A stretch of 30,677 nucleotides of DNA, from positions 1 through 30,677 of the IMG/VR virus record IMGVR_UViG_3300048819_000066; one strand, written 5' to 3'. Positions 18,292 to 27,189 of this stretch are shown piece by piece. The translations under genes and the position numbers were made by a program. The first letter of the stretch is position 1; the number at the start of each line of letters is the position of its first letter. A model generated the notes under the pieces. That model ran no database searches. It was not told the DNA's origin and saw nothing but the letters and a program-made list of their open reading frames with translations. The stretch comes from a virus. Lineage: Duplodnaviria; Caudoviricetes.

Positions 18292-19077
18292 ATGGCTTCG
18301 CCACTAAGTTTTACTGCTTATGACAGTTCACAAACACCACAAGCAAATGCTGCTGCAATGATATCGAATCAGAATCAAAATTATTCTGATTTCCTTAATA
18401 ATTTACCTCAGTATCAAAGCAGTCTTCAGAATCAAGCAATAGATCAGGGCAATCAGCAATACACTAATCAAAAACAAGCGATTGATCAGAACGCTAATTC
18501 TAGAGGACTTCTTTTTTCAGGTCTTAAACAAGGTGCTGAACAAAATGCTGCTACAAGCGCAGCTAATCAGACTCAAAGTAATATAGCTCAAGGAAATGCT
18601 AATTTATCTAACTATGCTCAAAACTATGGGAATCAAGTAGCTCAAAGTAATATCGCTAATTATCAAGGAAATGTTAATTCGGCTTTAAATCAATACCAGA
18701 CTCAGCTTGGATCATATAATCAAGGTCAACAATTTAGCGGTCAGATGTTTGGTGGGATTCTAGGCACTGCTGGATTAGTTGCAGGTGGAATTGGAATGGG
18801 ATCAGATGAGAATCTTAAAGATGATGTTAAAGATGATGATGGTGAAGCTCAAAAAATGATTGATAATCTTAAGGCTAAGTCATTTAGTTATAAAGATGAT
18901 CCTGAGAAGAAAACTCAACTTGGGATATTAGCTCAAGATATGGAAAAGAGTCCTATGGGTAAAGCAGTGGTTATTGAGACTCCAAAAGGTAAAGGCTTAG
19001 ATATTGGTAAGACTTTATCTGCAATGATGGCAGTACAATCAGTAATGAATAAACGCTTGAAAAAAGCTGGTGCATAA
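18292..19077 (+). CDS. Q/N-rich internal virion/ejection-like protein with a C-terminal peptidase S74 (intramolecular chaperone) domain
   Basis: SDENLKDDV ... FSYK ... LGILAQDME matches the S74 autocleavage pattern. Preceded by the hydrophobic Gly-rich segment MFGGILGTAGLVAGGIG. Confidence 0.72.
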   Translation: MASPLSFTAYDSSQTPQANAAAMISNQNQNYSDFLNNLPQYQSSLQNQAIDQGNQQYTNQKQAIDQNANSRGLLFSGLKQGAEQNAATSAANQTQSNIAQGNANLSNYAQNYGNQVAQSNIANYQGNVNSALNQYQTQLGSYNQGQQFSGQMFGGILGTAGLVAGGIGMGSDENLKDDVKDDDGEAQKMIDNLKAKSFSYKDDPEKKTQLGILAQDMEKSPMGKAVVIETPKGKGLDIGKTLSAMMAVQSVMNKRLKKAGA

Positions 19078-19829
19078 TGGGAAGTATTTTTGATATAGGT
19101 AATGATCTAAACCAGATTGGTCAAGGTATCTCTAATACACCATTAAACGGGATTGTAAATAGTGTTGGAAATGTGTTTGATACACTTTCAGGCAAATCTT
19201 CACCACCTACTTACAACGCTCCAACGATGGACCCTACTTCTCAAGCTCAGATTGCTGGCCAAGAAAACAATTTAATGAAGACTCCTCAACAACAAACTGC
19301 TGGGATCATGAATAACACAGGTGCCGCAGGAGCAGTACAGAATCAGACTCAAAATCAAGTTAATGAGCAGAATGAGCAAGGCGGTGGTGGCATTAACGGC
19401 ATGACTCAAGCTATTGGCAATAAAGCACAGAAGAACTTTGCTACAAGCCAAGGCAGATTACAGCAGAATGCGAACCTCCAAGGCCAGCAAATGGCTAACA
19501 CTCAACAAAACCAAGCTGCAATGCAAGCTATCGCGCTTAGCAACGCTCAGGCTGGTGTTACGAATGCCACTAACCAATTACAGCTTCAATACAATCAAGC
19601 TCAATATAACACCATTTCAAGCATTATGGCTGGTGCTGGAACAGGTGCAGGTTATTACTTTGGTAAAAAATCAGTTCCAGGCGCTTTGAATCCTGATCTA
19701 AATGCTCAAGCAGATTCTATTGAAAATCAATTTACAAATCCTGCTGGTGAGAGTTCTACTGGATATTTAGGAAGCGATGTTTCAACCGTTTCACCAGGAT
19801 TGTTGGGCTCTGATAATTATAACTGGTAA
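19077..19829 (+). CDS. Q/N-rich putative DNA ejection (pilot) protein
   Basis: Q/N/A helical composition with the Gly-rich hydrophobic patch ISSIMAGAGTGAGYYFG. Position after the nozzle gene. Confidence 0.6.
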   Translation: MGSIFDIGNDLNQIGQGISNTPLNGIVNSVGNVFDTLSGKSSPPTYNAPTMDPTSQAQIAGQENNLMKTPQQQTAGIMNNTGAAGAVQNQTQNQVNEQNEQGGGGINGMTQAIGNKAQKNFATSQGRLQQNANLQGQQMANTQQNQAAMQAIALSNAQAGVTNATNQLQLQYNQAQYNTISSIMAGAGTGAGYYFGKKSVPGALNPDLNAQADSIENQFTNPAGESSTGYLGSDVSTVSPGLLGSDNYNW

Positions 19830-19838
19830 GGAGTTTTT

Positions 19839-21185
19839 ATGGCAGATAATGGAGCAACATCAGGTGGTATAGGTGCAGGGCTATTAGCCTTTACTAATAC
19901 CTACATGAAGGCTAAACAACAAGAACAAGACAATGCTATCAATCAGAAATACGCTGATATGGCATCGCAAAGAGAGCAAAGAGAGGGTCTTGCTCAAGGC
20001 ATGACTCTTGGTCCAGATGGGCAATATCAATTAACTCCTGAACAAGACGCTTTAAGAAAAGCCAAAGCTCAAGCTGAAGCTGGTGCTTATGGCGAAGAAT
20101 ATGAATCACAACAACCTGGCTCTGACACATCTAACGAGATGTTTAAATTCACAAAAGCTAGAATGAATCAAGTACAGCCTGGTTATGAAGTTCCAGAAGG
20201 TAAATCAGCAGACTTTTATAAATCTGAATACGGTCAATTTATTCCTGAACAAGAATCTTTTTCAAATCAACAAAAAGTAGCTAAAACAAAAGCAGATGAA
20301 TTTTTACAAGGTCTTAACCTTAAAGGTACTGTTCAAAAAGAAATTCAAAATAATAAAGGTGAAATTCAAAAAACTCTTCAAGATATGAAAGATCAGAGCA
20401 ATGCTGATAAATATCAAACTTTAAAAGATCAGAAAGAAAAGGAATTAGCCGCACAAAAAGAAAAATATGAAGCTCAGTTTGCACAACAATCTAAAGAGAA
20501 GGAAAAAGATAGACAAAATGCTCTTGATAAACAAGCTTTGGCAAATCAAGGAAAGAAAAAAGGCCCTGGTACTCCACCTGCTCAAGTTCAAATGGACAAA
20601 TTTTTTGCTAAAGATTGGAACGCTTACACAAATGGCGGAAGTGAGGATGTAGAAGAAGGAATAGATAAGATGAAAAAAGCTGAAGACTTTTTATCTAAAA
20701 ATCCTAATGCTACAGGTCCAGGAATGAAATATGTTCCAGATGTTACGAGAGGAATGCTTGGCACTGTAGCGCCATCAACAGGTGGTCAAGAAGCACTAAA
20801 AGTAAAAAAAGATATGCTTGATGGTTCTCTTGCAGCTATTAAAGGGCTTGGGCGTATTAATCAAAAAGAATTTGAATTTGCTTTAAACCAAGCATGGGAT
20901 GACAATGCTCCGGCTCAACAAAATATGGAGCGTATTCAGCAATTAAGAAAAAAAATAGAAGCTAAACAACAAGACATGGAAACTAAAGGAAGCTATTTTG
21001 AAAGTCATAATTCAAGTCTTAACGGATTATCTAGTGCTAATCCTAGCAGACAAAAAGGCTTAGTCCAAGCGCCTCAAGAACAACCTAAAACTATTAGAAT
21101 GCAAGATCCTCATGGAAAAATAAGATTAGTCCCAATTAATCAAAAAGATGCAGCAATTAAAGCAGGTGGGAGAGTGGTGCAATAA
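19839..21185 (+). CDS. Putative DNA ejection / internal virion protein
   Basis: 448 aa, K/Q/E coiled coils, SD AAGGAG. Position matches P22 gp7/gp20/gp16-like genes. Confidence 0.6.
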   Translation: MADNGATSGGIGAGLLAFTNTYMKAKQQEQDNAINQKYADMASQREQREGLAQGMTLGPDGQYQLTPEQDALRKAKAQAEAGAYGEEYESQQPGSDTSNEMFKFTKARMNQVQPGYEVPEGKSADFYKSEYGQFIPEQESFSNQQKVAKTKADEFLQGLNLKGTVQKEIQNNKGEIQKTLQDMKDQSNADKYQTLKDQKEKELAAQKEKYEAQFAQQSKEKEKDRQNALDKQALANQGKKKGPGTPPAQVQMDKFFAKDWNAYTNGGSEDVEEGIDKMKKAEDFLSKNPNATGPGMKYVPDVTRGMLGTVAPSTGGQEALKVKKDMLDGSLAAIKGLGRINQKEFEFALNQAWDDNAPAQQNMERIQQLRKKIEAKQQDMETKGSYFESHNSSLNGLSSANPSRQKGLVQAPQEQPKTIRMQDPHGKIRLVPINQKDAAIKAGGRVVQ

Positions 21186-22657
21186 TGGCTGATGCTGCTT
21201 TTAACTGGGACGATCATCCTATAGAAAAATCAGATTCTTCAGGATCTTTTAACTGGGACGATCATCCAATTGATCAATCATATAAAGACAGTCTTGGTTA
21301 TAAAGCTCTTGGATATTTACCTGCTGCTGGAATGGCCGCTGGTGGTCTTGCTGGCGCAGCCGGTTCAATGGGGTTAGCTAGTATCCCACTTGCTGGAATT
21401 GGTGGGGTTGGTGGAAAAGCAGTAGAGCAAGTATTAAAACAAAAAATCTATGGTGAAGACCCTGGATCTTATGAAAAAGTTTATAAAGATCAAGCTGGTT
21501 CAGGAATAAACTCAATGGAAGCTGAAATGGGTGGGCAAATGCTTCCTGCTATTGCAAACGATCCGAATGTTTTAGGTGGAATTAAAAATTATGGAACAAA
21601 AATAATTGAAGGTTCCACAGGAGTTCCGATTGAACTTATAAAAGCATATAAAAATGATCGTGATGCTTTAGTTAATATGAAGAATCAATCAGGTGGAAAT
21701 CCAGCAATAGCATCAGAGCAAATTAAGAATAAATGGGGAAATATAATTCAAGATACAAAAGATGTTGCAAACAATGAAATATCTCAAGGTTTAAAAGAAA
21801 GCAATAAATCAATTAAGGTTGATGATGTAGTTAAAAACTTAAATAATATTAGAGATCAGTTAAAACCTGATATTCACTCTCAAGATATTGCACAAATTGA
21901 TCATATTGTTAATACTATTAAAAATAGAACTTATGGCGAGCCAGGTAATACATATCTTGCTAATGTAAGAGGAACTCCGGCTCAAGCACCAGGTAAACCA
22001 GGCGAGCCAGGTACATATCTTAGTAAACCAGGCGAGCCAGGTAATACATATCTTGCTAATGTAAGAGGGACTCCGGCTCAACTACCAAGATCAACAAGTG
22101 ATAGAATGCCTATACAGGATGCAAATGAATTGAAACGTTGGTTACAATCTTTGATAGACACTCATTATGCTAAACCTGGTGAAATATTTAATCATGGTGG
22201 ACCTGGAATAGAGGCAGCTAAAGATACTGCAAGAGAGCTTAGATTAAGGGTTGCTGATGCTGAACCAAGAGTTGCTAATGGTCTAAGTTCGCTTCAAAAA
22301 CTTCATGAAATAGATAATGATATTAAAGGTAATTTACTTAATCCTGCTGCTTCAGAAAAATCATTAATAAATGTAGGAAATAATAAAGATCAAGCTGGAA
22401 TAAGAGATTTAAGTAGGCTTGGAAATATTATTGGACATGATACAGTAGGAGACGCACAAAAACTTGCTGCTGCGAAAGAGTTTGGTTTTATGAATGGTCC
22501 AACTAATAAAGTGTCTACACAAGATCTTGTGCAAGCTGTTCCAAAAACAGCCATGAAACTAGGTACATTTACCGCTGGCAAATTAGGAAAATATATACCT
22601 AACGGTATTCCATCAAGTTTAGCTAGAGGATATTTATCACCTGATGCAAATAAATAA
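21185..22657 (+). CDS. Putative DNA ejection protein with internal repeats
   Basis: FNWDDHPI twice at the N-terminus, glycine zipper AAGMAAGGLAGAAG...AGIGGVGG, and an internal GEPG duplication. Confidence 0.65.
   Translation: MADAAFNWDDHPIEKSDSSGSFNWDDHPIDQSYKDSLGYKALGYLPAAGMAAGGLAGAAGSMGLASIPLAGIGGVGGKAVEQVLKQKIYGEDPGSYEKVYKDQAGSGINSMEAEMGGQMLPAIANDPNVLGGIKNYGTKIIEGSTGVPIELIKAYKNDRDALVNMKNQSGGNPAIASEQIKNKWGNIIQDTKDVANNEISQGLKESNKSIKVDDVVKNLNNIRDQLKPDIHSQDIAQIDHIVNTIKNRTYGEPGNTYLANVRGTPAQAPGKPGEPGTYLSKPGEPGNTYLANVRGTPAQLPRSTSDRMPIQDANELKRWLQSLIDTHYAKPGEIFNHGGPGIEAAKDTARELRLRVADAEPRVANGLSSLQKLHEIDNDIKGNLLNPAASEKSLINVGNNKDQAGIRDLSRLGNIIGHDTVGDAQKLAAAKEFGFMNGPTNKVSTQDLVQAVPKTAMKLGTFTAGKLGKYIPNGIPSSLARGYLSPDANK
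21935..22081 (+). repeat. In-frame duplication: 51-bp unit twice (1 mismatch) plus GKPGEPG sub-repeats
   Basis: 21935-21985 and 22031-22081 both encode GEPGNTYLANVRGTPAQ. Confidence 0.9.
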
Positions 22658-22676
22658 TTAACAAATAGGAGTAAAA

Positions 22677-22919
22677 ATGGGCTACAACAAATTTCCAGAC
22701 AAGAATTCACTATATCAAGGTAAAACAATCAGTCCTGAAGAAGCTGATGAAGATACAACTCCGGCCACACCACCATGGAATAAAACTCAAGCTAAGATGC
22801 CTGAATGGGAAGATCTAACACCAGAGCAAAAAGCTGTGTACGGAAGTCCTATGAAGTATGCGCGTAAGCGAATGACTTATTTACAAACTGCAGTTGATGA
22901 GGATAACTCAGGTTCATAA
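22677..22919 (+). CDS. Hypothetical protein
   Basis: SD AGGAG. TAATG-coupled to the next ORF. Confidence 0.6.
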   Translation: MGYNKFPDKNSLYQGKTISPEEADEDTTPATPPWNKTQAKMPEWEDLTPEQKAVYGSPMKYARKRMTYLQTAVDEDNSGS

Positions 22920-23113
22920 TGAATAAAAACCCTGGATTCGTTAAGATTAAATCGCCTCAAGCTTTAGAAGAAGACATTCAGCTTGATAATCCAATTGCTA
23001 CGGCATTGAAACGCAGAAGAAAGATACTTGCTGCTGATCGAGGCCAAAACGCACCACCAGAGGATAGCTTTGGAAACCCTACAATAGATCCAGAACAGCA
23101 GGACCAAACATGA
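22919..23113 (+). CDS. Hypothetical protein
   Basis: Translationally coupled on both sides. Confidence 0.55.
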   Translation: MNKNPGFVKIKSPQALEEDIQLDNPIATALKRRRKILAADRGQNAPPEDSFGNPTIDPEQQDQT

Positions 23114-23346
23114 GAATAAAAGAAATGCGCATGAACATGAAAACTGATTTAACCCCAGTTGGTCATGTTGCTCAGACAAATCCAAATGTGAGACGAAGTT
23201 CGATGCAAGAAGCACTCAGCCAAAGACGAGTTGGGCGTATTGCAAAACCAAAGCTTTTAAACCAAAATACTTCACAAATGCCGATTATGCCTAATAGCGA
23301 AGATAGCGTTGGACGCAATGGCATATCAACTGAAGCGGAGGAATAG
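23110..23346 (+). CDS. Hypothetical protein carrying an in-frame copy of the 24-bp element
   Basis: ATGA coupling. The element reads as SEDSVGRN. Confidence 0.55.
   Translation: MRIKEMRMNMKTDLTPVGHVAQTNPNVRRSSMQEALSQRRVGRIAKPKLLNQNTSQMPIMPNSEDSVGRNGISTEAEE
23296..23319 (+). repeat. 24-bp double-hairpin element, copy 2 (AGCGAAGATAGCGTTGGACGCAAT)
   Basis: 23/24 identical to copy 3. Confidence 0.9.
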
Positions 23347-23541
23347 ATGGATGATTTCTTTTATAAATCGCTTGTTATGAATGCTATGCACGGACTTTTG
23401 GCTGGTGATTGTACGAGTGACAGAAAATATATAGATGAGCCTGGAAAGAAAAAAGAGCAAAAGCTAGCTGATGATGCTTTTAAAATTGCTAATGAGTTTG
23501 CAAAAAGGTTTAATGAATTAGAGAGTAAGAAAACAGGATGA
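23347..23541 (+). CDS. Hypothetical protein
   Basis: SD GGAGG. AMHGLLA...ADDAFKIA pattern common in small phage proteins. Confidence 0.6.
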   Translation: MDDFFYKSLVMNAMHGLLAGDCTSDRKYIDEPGKKKEQKLADDAFKIANEFAKRFNELESKKTG

Positions 23542-23780
23542 TTTTTATGAGTAAGATTACTGAAAATACGTTGTTACCATTATCGCTTGTTAGTATATTA
23601 ATAGGCGGTATTTTCTGGCTATCGACAATGTATTCAAAGGTCGAGGCTCATGAAGAGAATCTTAATAAGATTCAAAATCAGCAGACTGCTTTTATTGCTT
23701 CAGATAATAATTTCAAAGAAGAAGTTATTGACAGACTTGCGCGAATTGAGACTAAACTAGAATCTAAACCTAAAAAATAA
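23538..23780 (+). CDS. Membrane protein with a coiled coil (holin/haemolysin-like candidate)
   Basis: TM segment LLPLSLVSILIGGIFWL and C-terminal RLARIETKLE. Confidence 0.55.
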   Translation: MIFMSKITENTLLPLSLVSILIGGIFWLSTMYSKVEAHEENLNKIQNQQTAFIASDNNFKEEVIDRLARIETKLESKPKK

Positions 23781-23790
23781 GGAGATTTTT

Positions 23791-24012
23791 ATGACTATTG
23801 CATTTCAAGGATCGAAAACACAAGCAATGTTAAAATCAATGGCATCTGCATGTATTCAAATTGCAGCAGCTCAAATTGTGCCTGTGGCAGAAGAGATTAT
23901 TGGTTGGTTTTTACCTGCTAGTACACAAGCAGAGGCAGCTATTATTGAGGCAGCAATTAACCCAGCAGCAGAGACGGCTGTAGCAGCGGCAGCAGCAGGT
24001 ATTGAGCCTTGA
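23791..24012 (+). CDS. Ala-rich hypothetical protein
   Basis: SD TAAGGAG. Confidence 0.6.
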   Translation: MTIAFQGSKTQAMLKSMASACIQIAAAQIVPVAEEIIGWFLPASTQAEAAIIEAAINPAAETAVAAAAAGIEP

Positions 24013-24161
24013 GCATTTGGCATTATTTAAGCGCACTTCTATTCTGGGAGTTTTGCTTAGGCTTTACTAAATACAAATCTACTGTAGGTTGGATTTTAGC
24101 AGGACTTATATTCTGTTTACTGTTTACTTTTGAGCTATGGCATAGAAGACATAAGCCATGA
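24009..24161 (+). CDS. 50-aa two-TM membrane protein (holin candidate; not in the ORF track)
   Basis: TTG start overlaps the previous TGA and its stop overlaps the next ATG. Sequence MSIWHYLSALLFWEFCLGFTKYKSTVGWILAGLIFCLLFTFELWHRRHKP, with a basic tail. Confidence 0.55.
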   Translation: MSIWHYLSALLFWEFCLGFTKYKSTVGWILAGLIFCLLFTFELWHRRHKP

Positions 24162-24487
24162 GCACAGATGTTGTCATTGGTGGAGATTCTATTTTTGCCA
24201 AGAACTTAGAGCAGGGCTTAATTGATGTAGGAGTAGCAGCGGCAGAGACTTCTTTAGCTGCATCACAACCTTGGACTAACCTTCCTATAGTTCATTGGCT
24301 AGTGGATAATGGCATTCAGTTTGGCATATCAGCGGTAGCACAAGAAGCTGATAACATTATTTACACTATTTATGTATCAGTTAAAGATTCAATTCAAGCG
24401 CAGCAATATATTCAAGCTCAAAGTTCTGGCAATCAATCAAACATAGATGCAGTAGGTGATGCTATCATCGGTTTAGGTAATGAATGA
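24158..24487 (+). CDS. Hypothetical protein
   Basis: ATGA coupling on both sides. Confidence 0.6.
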   Translation: MSTDVVIGGDSIFAKNLEQGLIDVGVAAAETSLAASQPWTNLPIVHWLVDNGIQFGISAVAQEADNIIYTIYVSVKDSIQAQQYIQAQSSGNQSNIDAVGDAIIGLGNE

Positions 24488-24867
24488 ATACAAGAGATAT
24501 ATTAGAATATTACATTGTTTGTTTATGCATTTGCCTAGCGTTTGGCATATTATTCGGCTGTGCCCAGAATCCAACTCCGCCTAATGTTGCAATCGGATTC
24601 AGCGATGCGCTAGAACATGCTAATTTTCATCCATTAATGACTGGTGCTGATTTTCAAGTCGATATGCAAGGACATAACTATACTCAGAATGGGCAGAATC
24701 TAAACTATGATCAAATGAGAAATTTATTCTTTTACATCTCACCTTGGGATTATGTTTTGATAAAGAACTTCATTTTGCAATATTGTCATGACAGACCTGA
24801 TATTTGTACTTACTCACAAGTACAAGTTTTTTTTTCAAATCTAGATAGTCACTTGCGTAATCCGTAA
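24484..24867 (+). CDS. Putative lipoprotein (o-spanin-like candidate)
   Basis: Hydrophobic signal ending in the lipobox-like LFGC, followed by a Pro-rich linker. Last + strand gene. Confidence 0.55.
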   Translation: MNTRDILEYYIVCLCICLAFGILFGCAQNPTPPNVAIGFSDALEHANFHPLMTGADFQVDMQGHNYTQNGQNLNYDQMRNLFFYISPWDYVLIKNFILQYCHDRPDICTYSQVQVFFSNLDSHLRNP

Positions 24868-24874
24868 GCTTGAG

Positions 24875-24991
24875 CTAGTAACCAAGCAACCTTCTCCAAG
24901 CCCATAACCAGAATACAATCTGACCAAATGTCAGTAGCATGGTTATTACGATAGGTGCTAGGAGTGAGTAGTATCGACATTGTTTATTCAT
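24875..24991 (-). CDS. 38-aa membrane peptide (not in the ORF track)
   Basis: SD AGGAG. Sequence MNKQCRYYSLLAPIVITMLLTFGQIVFWLWAWRRLLGY. Start lies within the 17-bp repeat. Confidence 0.4.
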   Translation of the reverse strand: MNKQCRYYSLLAPIVITMLLTFGQIVFWLWAWRRLLGY

Positions 24992-25771
24992 AACAGTCCG
25001 TACTCCTACGACTACCGCTTTTCTTCACAGAAAACTCCGCAGTCTATGTTAAATTCTTTTAAATCTTGGCCCTTATCGTTTAGGTCTAATTCGTCTAGGA
25101 AAATTCGCTGGCCTTTGACTCGGACCAACCGCGCTCCAATGCGACGAGATTGCTCCGCTCTTAATGCAAAAACCCCAGGATGCTTTTCCCTAACGAGATT
25201 CCAATAAGTCGGGCTTGTGGCTTTCACACATCCGATGCAATTCGCATTTGGATAGCCCATCTTGTAAACCCTTGGCACTTCAATACCAGCCTTTAAAATT
25301 ATGTCAAAACAGTCCTGCTTAGTTAAATTTTCTTCAATTAAAACAGGCAAGACGTTTGATCTTTCAGATTCGACAAATCTTTGATGTCTTTTAACTTCAT
25401 CGGCAGTAAAGCCTAAAACGTGCATATCTATTTTAGTATCACAATGTTTTTCATACCACTGGCGAGCTTTTTTCTTTAGCTCAATAGTACATGGAGCGCC
25501 CTTTGGGCCTGACATAAATTTTCGCTTATTCCAAACCTCAACAGCAGAGGCACTTGTGAAATCTGGGTTGGTTATTATTTTAATTGGTATTTCAATCCAT
25601 TTTTCTATGTCCTTCAAAAATCTTAAATTGTCCTGATCTTCTTCTATTACTGGATTGTAAATCACAGAAACCGTATGGCCGTTTTTATAATATCGCTCAA
25701 CTGTTTTCTTTGCTGCTACTGCACTGGCGACACCACAGCTAAACCATACGGCGATATTCATAACAGTCCGT
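24985..25771 (-). repeat. 17-bp direct repeats ACGGACTGTTATGAATA (24985-25001 and 25755-25771) flanking the PAPS-reductase-like gene
   Basis: Identical 17-mers, each containing a start codon. Confidence 0.85.
25012..25761 (-). CDS. PAPS reductase-like / PP-loop adenine nucleotide alpha hydrolase family protein
   Basis: Likely start MNIAVW at 25761. PP-loop-like WFSCGVASAVA, CTIELKK, LGFTADE, and the Cys cluster NANCIGCVK ... CGVFC. Confidence 0.75.
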   Translation of the reverse strand: MNIAVWFSCGVASAVAAKKTVERYYKNGHTVSVIYNPVIEEDQDNLRFLKDIEKWIEIPIKIITNPDFTSASAVEVWNKRKFMSGPKGAPCTIELKKKARQWYEKHCDTKIDMHVLGFTADEVKRHQRFVESERSNVLPVLIEENLTKQDCFDIILKAGIEVPRVYKMGYPNANCIGCVKATSPTYWNLVREKHPGVFALRAEQSRRIGARLVRVKGQRIFLDELDLNDKGQDLKEFNIDCGVFCEEKR

Positions 25772-25828
25772 TCGCTTTCATTAGCACAAGTGCCAGCGCA
25801 AGCCAAGCTCCTGCCTGATAATAGCCTC

Positions 25829-26017
25829 TCAAGGGGCACTACCTTCACGACTGCCATCAGCGAATTTTGGCTCTCGCTTTTCTATTATACTGAGAAAAAT
25901 TTCCATCCCATTAAACATTCCCATAAAATATTCGTCCATTGACTCAGTAGAAGCTAAGTGTTGCTGCTGAATATCTTTTAGATTTTGAAGCAATTTATGA
26001 AACTCTAGCTCAGTCAT
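25829..26017 (-). CDS. Hypothetical protein (MTELEF...)
   Basis: ATG at 26017 with SD AAGGGG, overlapping the TGA of the full-length MTase frame. Confidence 0.6.
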   Translation of the reverse strand: MTELEFHKLLQNLKDIQQQHLASTESMDEYFMGMFNGMEIFLSIIEKREPKFADGSREGSAP

Positions 26018-26442
26018 ATTTTCCCCTTTAAAATAAACATTCCAATATGGCGACCAATACCTGGACCACTGGATCCGTCTTCTGTCGCGCACCATTTAAC
26101 ATCCTTCAAATTTCTAACCTCTGCGCCATTTTATAATAACATCAAAAGCCATTTGTCAACAGGATAAACCAGGACAACATTTTTGCCTTTGGCCTGTTCT
26201 GCAATGGCCTTGCGAACCCATGCCGTCGGTCCCTTTTTCTTTCCTTCATGCATGATGGATCCAAACGGAGGATTGACCCAGTTTGATCGGCCCCAATCAT
26301 CTTTCAGTCCATCAAACGAATCAGGCCTTGGGAAAGGGCATGGATCAAAGTCAAAATTGAACTCAAGCTGCAGGGCCTCCATAAGCTCAGGCGGCGTAAG
26401 CCAATAGTGCTTTCCATCCTTATTCCCAGTTTCAAAGCTCAT
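26014..26442 (-). pseudogene. Phage DNA N6-adenine methyltransferase (Dam-like, NPPF) interrupted by an in-frame TAA at 26131-26133
   Basis: WLTPPEL, FDFDPC and WVNPPF motifs. The frame continues past TAA as NGAEVRNLKDVKWCATEDGSSGPGIGRHIGMFILKGKI to a TGA coupled (ATGA) to the next gene. Confidence 0.75.
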
Positions 26443-26765
26443 TTGGTAGTCTCGTCTGCTAATAAATGAGCCCATCGCCGTCCTGCTACTATCTCAAAAG
26501 CATTGCTGCGTCCGATACCGTATTTCTTAGCAAGCTTAGTCGCTGACATGCCTTCTTTATATTCCTTACGAATAGCGGCACCCATTTCGTCGATTGCCGG
26601 ACTTCTTTTTTTACTTCCATGCCAATCGCAAGAGTTATCCGAGCCGTCCTTGCAGGGATCTTTATGCCAAATTGTGATGAAAGACTCTCTATAAGAACCC
26701 AGAGATGTCTTTCTCTTCCAAGGATATTTTATTTCTAAGGCAACGGTTAATGGATCATGCATCAT
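26439..26765 (-). CDS. Hypothetical protein with a C-terminal helix-turn-helix
   Basis: [27 protein letters not shown] is HTH-like. ATGA coupling. Confidence 0.6.
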   Translation of the reverse strand: MMHDPLTVALEIKYPWKRKTSLGSYRESFITIWHKDPCKDGSDNSCDWHGSKKRSPAIDEMGAAIRKEYKEGMSATKLAKKYGIGRSNAFEIVAGRRWAHLLADETTK

Positions 26766-27130
26766 TCCCCCTTGGCCGTCTGATTAGGACTAATGTTATT
26801 CGTTTTATCCCGACCGAGCAGCGTGTTGATTGATTTAAGAGTTTTAAGAATGTCTTGATACATTTGATATTCTGGCTCGTATTCTTTAATATGCTGATAA
26901 CCAGATTCAAACATAAAATCATGTGCAGTCTGTAGCGATTTAACAGCAACCTCAATCGCCTCGTCTTTAGTTTCGTCTTTAGTTTTCAACTGCGCCCTCA
27001 GCTCTGCAACTTCTGCGTTATGAGCGTTCCAGCCGTAAATGAAATGTTGTTCTACGCTTGGATATAGTCCATTTTTATAACAGTGCTCTGCATATGTTTC
27101 AGCAGCGGAATCACGTTTGGCGTTGGTCAT
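26762..27130 (-). CDS. Hypothetical protein ending in the junction repeat (SPNQTAKGE)
   Basis: Coupled ORF with a FIYGWNA motif common in small phage proteins. Confidence 0.6.
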   Translation of the reverse strand: MTNAKRDSAAETYAEHCYKNGLYPSVEQHFIYGWNAHNAEVAELRAQLKTKDETKDEAIEVAVKSLQTAHDFMFESGYQHIKEYEPEYQMYQDILKTLKSINTLLGRDKTNNISPNQTAKGE

Positions 27131-27189
27131 TTTACAGCCTCATAAGTCATTTCAACTCTCTTTTGATGGACAACTTCAATGGCCTTCAT
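27127..27189 (-). CDS. 20-aa minigene MKAIEVVHQKRVEMTYEAVK
   Basis: ATGA overlaps at both ends; fills the intergenic gap exactly. Confidence 0.4.
   Translation of the reverse strand: MKAIEVVHQKRVEMTYEAVK

Noticed and set aside
21935-22081. DGR template/variable repeat pair
   Set aside because: An adjacent in-frame duplication with one synonymous difference; no reverse transcriptase in the window.
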